From: Planctomycetota bacterium
GTDB lineage: Bacteria; Planctomycetota; Phycisphaerae; Phycisphaerales; SM1A02
NCBI GenBank assembly: GCA_024226535.1
Contig: JAAELP010000193.1
Span: forward strand, 2,706 to 66,705
DNA length: 64,000 nt
Direction of reading: 5' to 3'
A model generated the notes under the pieces. The model did no database searches. It saw only the letters and a list, made by a program, of their open reading frames with translations, and was not told the DNA's origin. Positions 62,357 through 64,000 of this stretch are shown one piece after another. Each line of letters begins with the position of its first letter. Positions within the stretch are counted from its first letter, which is position 1. The position numbers and the translations under genes are program-made.

Positions 62357-62394
62357 GAAAACAGGGCAGGCTCCCCCCCACCGAGCCTGCCCTG
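62357..62394 (-). terminator. intrinsic terminator downstream of 62427..63161
   Basis: Perfect 12-bp stem CAGGGCAGGCTC / GAGCCTGCCCTG (62362-62373 / 62383-62394) with a 9-nt C-rich loop. On the minus strand it is followed by TTTT (62361..62358). Confidence 0.6.
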
Positions 62395-62426
62395 CGAATG
62401 ACGTGTGCCGGTTGTCGGTCGGCGCG

Positions 62427-63161
62427 CTACTCGGGAACCACGGGATCGGTCACGCGCACTGTCGCGCTCAGCGAAGCGCCGTCCCACGGGCAGAAGCTGA
62501 ACGCGCCGCTCAGCTTCTCGGTGCACTTCGGACAACTGTGCTTGGGAAGGATGGACCCCAGCGGCAGACGCCACTGAAGCTCCTCGTGACCGAGGACCAC
62601 CGAGAAGTTGCCGCGCTGCTTCGGCTGGACGATGGGTTTCTCCGTCTCGCCGTTGGCGGGGAAGAAGAAGAAATGCAGGTTCTCGCCCATCGGTCCGAGG
62701 ATGTTCGCAATCGCCGGCTTCATCATCTGGAGCAGGTTGCGGGCGTCGGCCTTGACCTTGTCGTCACCGAGCGGACGGTGGGTGTGCCCGTGCACGTCGC
62801 GAAGCTGGATCGTCGAGCGCACGTCCGTCTCGCTGCGGTAGTCCACGCCACCGAACGGCCCGAGCGTGCCGTCCACGGCCGCGACGACCGTGTACCCGCG
62901 GAGGGTCTCGACGATCTGGTCGATGTCTCGCTGGGCAACCGTCGGGTCCTCGCCCATGCTCGCCTGCCAGAACTCAGACGGGATCCACCAGACCATCGCC
63001 ATCCGGTTGGGATCGCCGGACATGATCTGCGTCTCGTTCATGAGCTCGTTGAGATCGATCTTGAAGGTCTGCTTCGAGTCCGCGGTCGCGGGACCGGCAA
63101 CGAACAACGCCGCCGCCGCGAGCGCCATGAGCGAGCGACGATTGAACATGCTCCACGCCAT
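62427..63161 (-). CDS. secreted hypothetical protein
   Basis: Track ORF, 244 aa. Signal MFNRRSLMALAAAALFVAGPATA. Normal composition. C-terminal CPKC..C PW segment (zinc-ribbon-like). Confidence 0.6.
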   Translation of the reverse strand: MAWSMFNRRSLMALAAAALFVAGPATADSKQTFKIDLNELMNETQIMSGDPNRMAMVWWIPSEFWQASMGEDPTVAQRDIDQIVETLRGYTVVAAVDGTLGPFGGVDYRSETDVRSTIQLRDVHGHTHRPLGDDKVKADARNLLQMMKPAIANILGPMGENLHFFFFPANGETEKPIVQPKQRGNFSVVLGHEELQWRLPLGSILPKHSCPKCTEKLSGAFSFCPWDGASLSATVRVTDPVVPE

Positions 63162-63353
63162 CTGGTTCTCTCCCCTGTTGAGTGCAGGCCGACCCGGGAG
63201 CGAGCCGCTCCTGCGCGCCGGACCTCCTCACCATCGGCGCAGCGATCGCGCGCGTTGCCCGCGGAGCGCAAAACCGTGGTGATGTCGTGCTTCCCTGACC
63301 CGTGCAGCCCGGTGGGCCGATAAGAGCCGCCGGCACCGGCGGCGCGGGCGTGG

Positions 63354-64000
63354 TTATCCGCCCCAGCTCATCAGGTCGGGACCGGTGTAGTGGGCGAGCG
63401 GACGGATGATCCGGTTGTTCGCGTGCTGCTCCATGACGTGCGCGCACCAGCCGGTCACGCGGCTCGCCACGAAGATGGGCGTGTACTGCGGTACGGGAAT
63501 GCCCATCACGAAGTAGGTCATGCCGCAGGGGAAGTCCACGTTCGGGTGGATGCTCTTCTGCTCGAGCATGATCTTCACCACGGCGTCACCGAGGTCGAAC
63601 CACTTCTTCAACTCCGGACCTCCGCGCTCCGCGACCTGGAGCCCCCATCCCCGGAGGATGCCCGCGCGGTGATCGCCTTGCTTGTAGACGCGATGCCCGA
63701 AGCCCATGAGCTTGCGCTTCTCCTCGAACGCGCGATCCATGAACTGCTGCACCGTCCCGCCGCCGGCGACGAAGACGTCGATCTCCTTGAGCATCTCCAT
63801 GGCCATCTCGTTCGCGCCGCCGTGCAGCGGGCCCTTCAGGGCGCCGATCGCGCCGCAGACGGCCGAGTGCATGTCCGCCATCGTCGAGGCGATGACGCGG
63901 CCGCTGAACGTCGACGCATTGAAGTCGTGCTCGGCGTAGAGAACGAGCGAGACGTCCATGACCTTCGCGTTCAGCTCCGCCGGCTGCTTGCCCGTCATGC
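63354..64000 (-). CDS. gltA: citrate synthase (N-terminal part lies beyond the right window edge)
   Basis: GFGHRVYKQGDHRA hallmark; HGGANE; ..RIIRPLAHYTGP. The reading frame remains open to position 64000. Confidence 0.9.
   Translation of the reverse strand, partial: MTGKQPAELNAKVMDVSLVLYAEHDFNASTFSGRVIASTMADMHSAVCGAIGALKGPLHGGANEMAMEMLKEIDVFVAGGGTVQQFMDRAFEEKRKLMGFGHRVYKQGDHRAGILRGWGLQVAERGGPELKKWFDLGDAVVKIMLEQKSIHPNVDFPCGMTYFVMGIPVPQYTPIFVASRVTGWCAHVMEQHANNRIIRPLAHYTGPDLMSWGG

Noticed and set aside
63327-63344. Hairpin GCCGCCGG-ca-CCGGCGGC 10 nt downstream of the gltA stop, as an intrinsic terminator
   Set aside because: The 2-nt loop is sterically implausible unless the stem frays, and the trailing sequence on the minus strand (CTCTTATC) is only weakly U-rich. 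I left it unannotated.
1-64000. Prophage, IS element, integron or toxin-antitoxin/defence-island signatures
   Set aside because: I found no integrase, transposase, recombinase, phage structural, restriction-modification or nuclease/ATPase defence-type motifs in any credible frame. The accessory character of 1-26.6 kb comes from surface-glycan genes, not from mobile-element genes.

Overview
Very GC-rich, gene-dense bacterial chromosomal segment. I call about 60 CDS and see no rRNA, tRNA, CRISPR array, transposase or integrase. Most long ORFs in the track are alternative-frame shadows of real genes (Arg/Gly/Pro/His-rich). I chose frames by recognisable motifs and protein-like composition. Start codons were refined by arithmetic on track coordinates, often to classic 4-nt ATGA/GTGA stop/start overlaps. 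The protein styles suggest a Planctomycetota (Phycisphaerae-like) origin, but this is inference only. Those styles are DCNGNG-PDEC repeat proteins with dockerin-like tails, many sulfotransferases, System II cytochrome c biogenesis and GC-rich palindromic repeats. Layout: (1) 1-10.1 kb holds a tandem family of five secreted proteins, two of them giant (PA14/LamG/Ca-type repeats), all ending in a dockerin-like tail. (2) 8.5-26.6 kb is an accessory glycan island with five sulfotransferases of four sequence classes, six glycosyltransferases, a TMTC-like GT-C/TPR enzyme, a Wzx-type flippase, an epimerase and an oxidoreductase. Part of it is translationally coupled to two dockerin-tailed proteins. 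This is my best candidate for an undescribed system: sulfated glycan and/or glycoprotein (proteoglycan-like) surface assembly. (3) 26.6-64 kb is mostly housekeeping (thiE, pepA, rpiB, lptB, tmk, alaS, tpiA-secG, yicC, resB-ccsA-thpR, htrA, hbd, gltA), interspersed with blocks of uncharacterised genes. Non-coding structure in this part includes a two-copy 83-87 bp nested-hairpin palindromic element, a 616-bp hairpin-rich inverted-repeat mosaic in the longest intergenic gap, and a G-rich 9-mer tandem repeat between alaS and tpiA. All family assignments come from motifs I recognise by eye; no database search was run.
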